Assembly (NCBI GenBank): GCA_973895155.1
Contig: OZ316899.1
Location: 1,511,573 to 1,575,572, forward strand
Reading direction: 5' to 3'
Length of the DNA stretch: 64,000 nt
Source: Marsupella aquatica
Lineage: Eukaryota; Plantae; Marchantiophyta
The notes under the pieces were generated by a model. That model was not told the DNA's origin and ran no database searches. It saw only the letters and a list, made by a program, of their open reading frames with translations. The position numbers were made by a program, and so were the translations under genes. This document shows positions 59,301 through 64,000 of the stretch, in pieces. Position 1 is the first letter of the stretch. Every line of letters begins with the position of its first letter.

Positions 59301-61152
59301 ATGATATGCAAGCTGAAGGTGTTCATGAGCAATTGTGGATGAAGCCTCATCCAAACCAGAAAAAAGATCACTTTGTGAAACCCAAGGCACCATATGTCAT
59401 GAGCAAATCAGAGCTCACACAATTTCTGGGAACCTTGAAGTGTCTGAAAGTTCCCACAGACTTTGGCAGCTCATTAGCTAAGTGTGTGCGGCCTAGCAAT
59501 AAGCTGGCAGGTATGAAATCTCACGATTATCATTGCCTAATGCAGCAGATCCTTCCATTGGCATTGAGGAATTTGATGGACAAGGGACCCCGATTGGCCA
59601 TTGTGAGTGTGTGCAGAGTTTGGCGTAAGATTTGCTGTAAAGTTTGGGACCCTACAACAAAGGATGCGTTGATGAAAGATGTAGCACAAACACTCTGTGC
59701 TTTGGAAATGCATTTCCCTTCGTCCTTTTTTGATGTTATGACTCATCTCATGGTGCATATAGTGGAAGAGTTGGACATTTGTGGGCCTGTATCACAAAGA
59801 TGGATGTATCCAGTTGAGCGATACCTCAAGAATCTGAAGGGTTTTGTACGGAACAAGGCACGACCAGAGGCATCAATGGCAGAAGGATACATTCTCGAAG
59901 AGGCTTTAGGATTTGTGACAGAGTATATGGTAGACTGCCAATCTACAAGGAGGCGTGTTTGGGATGCTGAAGAGGAGGAAGGAGTTAAAGGGGTGGTGTT
60001 GGAAGGGGCCTCATGCAAAGTCACTCTGACTGTGGTAGATCGAGATGCTGCTCATACATACTACCTACAGAATAATTTGTTGGTAACACCATGGTTGAGG
60101 TAAATTGTTACTTGCGCAACTATTATTTATGACACTTTGTAACTTGCTGATAATTATTCAGATATTGTAATTAGTGGTTGATATTGTACGTTTTTGGATT
60201 GGTTTGCAGGCTCTATGAGAATGCAGAGGAAGAGAGAAGAAGACAGAGGGAAGCTTTTGTCCAACAAAATAACCAGACACGGCCTCCACACAGTCGTAGA
60301 GCAGCAACTTATCCTCAAGAATTGGAGGGAATTCCCTTTGGGGTTTGGTTTAGGAATGAGATTTCCGAAGCTAACCTTGATGATGATGGAAACAAGTTGT
60401 TGTTGATGGCTATTTCCTTTCCCCCAAGCCAGCATGGTTTGACGTATACTTCAATGAAGGCTTATGGAAATCATTACAGGGTAATGCGCTGTAAAGGAAG
60501 GGATGGTAGTTGGCGTGAGCTATCCCATCTTAGGGACACAGATTGTCAAGGGTACGCTACATTTGACAGTGGGTTGGCCACCACTTTCCACGAGCAGAGA
60601 AGGGATCAGTCAGGAGTTGCTTTGGCTAAGCAAACCTACGTTGGGGTTCTCACCCAGATTCTTAAACTTGACTATGGACCACTATTGCGTTTAGAACCAG
60701 CCATTATCCTCAAGGCAAAATGGGTCCGGTCAAAGTGGGGACCAGACAATACTGGTCCATCTATGAAACATGATGAAACTGGTCTCTGGCTGGCCAACTT
60801 TAACATGCCTTATCCTGCAGCCGAGAAGTTAGACTATGTCTTGCCTGGTCAAGTTGAGCAAGTTTTCTTCTATCCTAACGAGGCTAGAACCTCATGGAGG
60901 CATGTCCTTCATAAGGAGGGAAGGTCTCGTAGAGTTGTTGAGGGTATCTATGATGTTGAATACAATGATCTTGTAGACCATCACGAGGTAGTTGAAGCGG
61001 AGCTTGTTGCAGCTGCTAACCGAGCTGTGCCATTGGAGGAAGGAGAGAGCTTAGTCGCTCAGCAAACAGTTGCAAGGGTGACAGATGAATCAGTTGAAGA
61101 GATAATACAGGATGATGTTTGGGAAGATGAGGAAGATTCTGAGGAAGAGTAA
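56316..61152 (+). CDS. tnpD: CACTA transposase (TnpD-like), 3 exons: 56316-58121, 59195-60099, 60210-61152, about 1217 aa
   Basis: Transposase_21-type motifs (KIHACEDGC, RHFPLIPRLRRMY, RNVHLGLALDGVNPF, STWPVMLLNYNLPPW, VNDYPA), then LDPMHTEKNI, KSHDYHCLMQQILP, RWMYPVER and YVGVLTQIL. GT-AG junctions keep the frame and rebuild LPYW-x-LL..H.LD.MH. Confidence 0.9.
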
Positions 61153-61179
61153 CCGTGTGGCTATGTTGGTAGTGTGTGG

Positions 61180-63749
61180 ATGCAGAACTCAAGTGATTCG
61201 GTCTTGGATTCGGCTGATGAGTCCCCAGAAGAGTCAAATGCTGAACTCACGGCCTATGAGTTGGAGAGATTGAGGAACATAAAAGCAAACAACGCCTTCA
61301 TTGCAGCTGTGATTGGAAAATCTGCGGCAGATTTGAACAGGTCTTGAATATATAGTCCCTCCCAACTTTGGTAGTCCACCTTATGTCAATCTTTATATGA
61401 TTAACATTAGAGTAGAATTTGAATGCGTCCAGTGGCCTGGGAATTGCTATTGGCATTGTTAAATAATGTGGCCTTTGAAAATTTGCATGAATGACATTAA
61501 TTAACATTAGTTTGGGTTGATGAAAGGCAGTTCAGAAGGTGTGGGAAGAAGCAAAACGAAACGTGTTTATAGAAAGAAACCAGCGCAATTGCAGGTACCT
61601 TCTCTACCAACAAGGAAGAGTGCAAGGCAGCAAGCGATGAATATACCAACTATGGCAGACAACGGCTCAGATATTGAGGGCAGTGAGTGGTCAGAAGGTA
61701 CACCTTACAGTGACTCTGGGAATGAGGGAGGCGCCGACTGGGGGAATTGTGACGACGAGATAACCGTTGGGGACAAACAACGCGCAGGGGTACGTGTCTA
61801 ATTAATTTTTCATTTTTTTGCTGTGCTGTGAAGGACACCAATTATGGTGCTATATCTTACTAATATATGAAATATGTCCGCAACTTATAAGAATATTGAA
61901 GATATTTAGTAAATGTACTGATTGTTGACTGTATATTGTTTCAGGCTATCTCACACACCTCTGCTAAGTATTATAAAGATCCCATCACGGGAGTTGTCAG
62001 CTTGCGTAAGTTTCCACCTATACTAGCTTCTTTACATTAGCTATGTATGAATTTGAATATGACACAGCCTATGATTGTGATTGAATGTAAAATATGATGG
62101 GATGACCATGGCTGTTAATTACTTGTCAATGTACGTTGCAAGGCTTAATGCCAAGTTCAAGTCAGGGTTCAAGTATATTGGTGGCAAATTCTAAGTCTGA
62201 ACTAAGATGTAAATCTTTGATATTGTAGTGACCCCTATCCCTCAGGGAAGTGCTATGATGGCCAGTGCAAGTGGACCGTCCCAACAGTCAATTATGCAGC
62301 AGATGTCTCGAGCTGCAAAGAAACATTGGGTGGATCACACAGCTGAGCGAAGTAAAATGGGCATGAAGAAAGCAAGTATTCAGGTATCATGCCAACTTTA
62401 ATTCAAACTCTTCTAGCAGATCAACATAGGATCAAAATAGGATGCTTGCCAATTTTTAAATAGAAGTTGGAAACAGCCCCGACCTTTATCCTACTGACAG
62501 CATCGGTTAGTTTGAATCAATCACAATCGACAATGATGTCTCGTGTGCAGATTTGGAATGACGATATTGATGCAAGTGACCAGTTCCGGGGACGTTGGGC
62601 AGACGACCTTCGTGCAGCTTGTGTTGGCAGACTCGACCCTTCCGTGCGTAACATTGCTAAGCAAGACAAGGACATTATTATCCATTTGTATGATGTGATG
62701 GCTACTAATTGGCAGTATGTAGGGGGGACTTTGTCTGAGAAGAAGTTCAGGTCCCACTTGTCAAAAATAATGAAGGCTCAACGTGCAAAACTTCACAAGC
62801 ATTTTCAAGCAATTGGGAAGCGCTTGGACAAGAAGCCTCCTGAAAATGTCAAGCCTGAGCAATGGAAAACACTTTGTGAGTGGCGGTTGTCCCCAGAAGG
62901 ACTAACCAACATTCAGAAAATGACTAGAGCGAGAGCAGAAGTGAAGAATCCATCTAAAGTTGGACGAGGTGGCTATCGTGGGAGGGAGGCAATTTATGTG
63001 AGTGTGCTAACCCTTATGACATGATCATCTTTCAGTTTGTGCCATACATTCTCTGAGTGTGCTGATAAATGTTTGATTGCATTATTGTGCTGATAGTTGT
63101 TCCTGCCTTTTTCAGAAGAGGCAGAGAGGTCATAGCCCAGGTCTATCAGACCTTCGACCTAATCCTTTTGATGACAAAGCAAATGGTTTGGGTTGGAGGT
63201 CAGATGTAAGCCCATCCTTGGCAAGTACTAATTCCATCCTTGGTACACCTACTCACCAGCTAGGGAGGAACTCAATCGTGAGTTTCTTTCTCTTCCTTTC
63301 CATATTGTAAGTACACCTGTCTCGGGTAATATTTTAAGAGGACACAAAGTGGCTGTATATGGCTAATTTTTTTACTCACTGTGGTTTTCCAGACACCTGT
63401 ATCCAACCTTGTAGTTGAGCGAAATGATGAAGTGATTTGTGAGAAAATAACCAGTTCTATCAATACTACTTTAGCTGCTGGGTTGGCACTGGTGGCTAAG
63501 ACAATTGCAGAGAGCTTGGGAAATTACCAGCAACATATGAGTGTTTTGCATCAGAAGGAGACATCTCATGTAGGAGGGGTAGGTATCAATATTGAAGCTT
63601 CCCAAGAGGGGGGTGGTGGACCTGGAGCACTTGGTACGTCAAGCCTACCCACTTCCACAATTAAGGCTGCATCGGGCACTTCAGCACCAAAGAGTTCTGC
63701 AATGAAGTTGAATTTTGTGGATCTGTCCAAAGAGGGTATGTCTGTCTAA
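61180..63749 (+). CDS. tnpA: CACTA second gene (TnpA / Transposase_24-like), multi-exon, boundaries partly uncertain
   Basis: Exon 61180-61340 (ELTAYELERLRNIKANN) splices in frame to 61531. Exon near 62551-62999 has PPENVKPEQWKTLCEW...KMTRARAEVKNPSKVGRGG, which is Ptta/En/Spm-like. Confidence 0.65.
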
Positions 63750-64000
63750 TTTGTACTCTAAGCTAGGTCATGACCATTTGCTCTGGGTGATCAAAAATTA
63801 AGAGCTTAATTTTGTAAAATCATTGTAATGCAAATGATTTGTAAAAGCATTTCGATCATCTGAAAAATTGAATAATATATGTCCATGTCGGTGAGGAAGG
63901 TGCGGAGCAGAAAGACCTGATGGACGATGCGGAGTATAGTCACTCTGTGACTATAAAGCAGGAGGTCTTAGATGATCCCACAAAGGTCCTTATCTCCAGT

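Larger units (their letters stand above)
49593..64000 (+). mobile_element. CACTA (En/Spm) DNA transposon, more than 14.4 kb, right end outside window
   Basis: Copia homology ends exactly at CACTAGAAGGAAA, subterminal CAACTA/TAGTTG repeats follow, and TnpD- and TnpA-like genes lie downstream. That this end and these genes belong to one element is inferred. Confidence 0.75.

Overview
This 64 kb window is transposable-element DNA with no recognisable host gene. It comes from a plant, probably a non-seed plant such as a bryophyte or fern; that is inferred from plant-type tRNA primer sites, GT-AG introns and the element lineages. It holds two copies of an Athila-like Ty3/gypsy family A (A1 <1-10582, A2 21655-35049). 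Both are nested in a tandem array of a related family B (10583-21654 and 35050-40141). It also holds an internally deleted Ty1/copia (11577-13564, - strand), a fungal-type gypsy C (40518-48113, - strand), a second copia RT fragment (about 48447-49592), and a large CACTA element starting at 49593 and running off the end with an uninterrupted 3-exon transposase. Four signals stand out. (1) All three gypsy families appear to put a translational recoding signal between protease and RT: TGA-CAA-TTA readthrough in both A copies, and slippery heptamer plus stem-loop -1 frameshift cassettes in B and C. (2) A and B carry a homologous uncharacterised 3' ORF; in A it is followed in frame by a second retropepsin-like ORF. 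(3) A carries clusters of a palindrome GACGCT-N5/6-AGCGTC in its LTR, 5' leader and ORF3 upstream region. (4) The CACTA apparently carries a cargo gene with an RNase H1 hybrid-binding domain. All alignments and counts were done by eye; no database searches were run.
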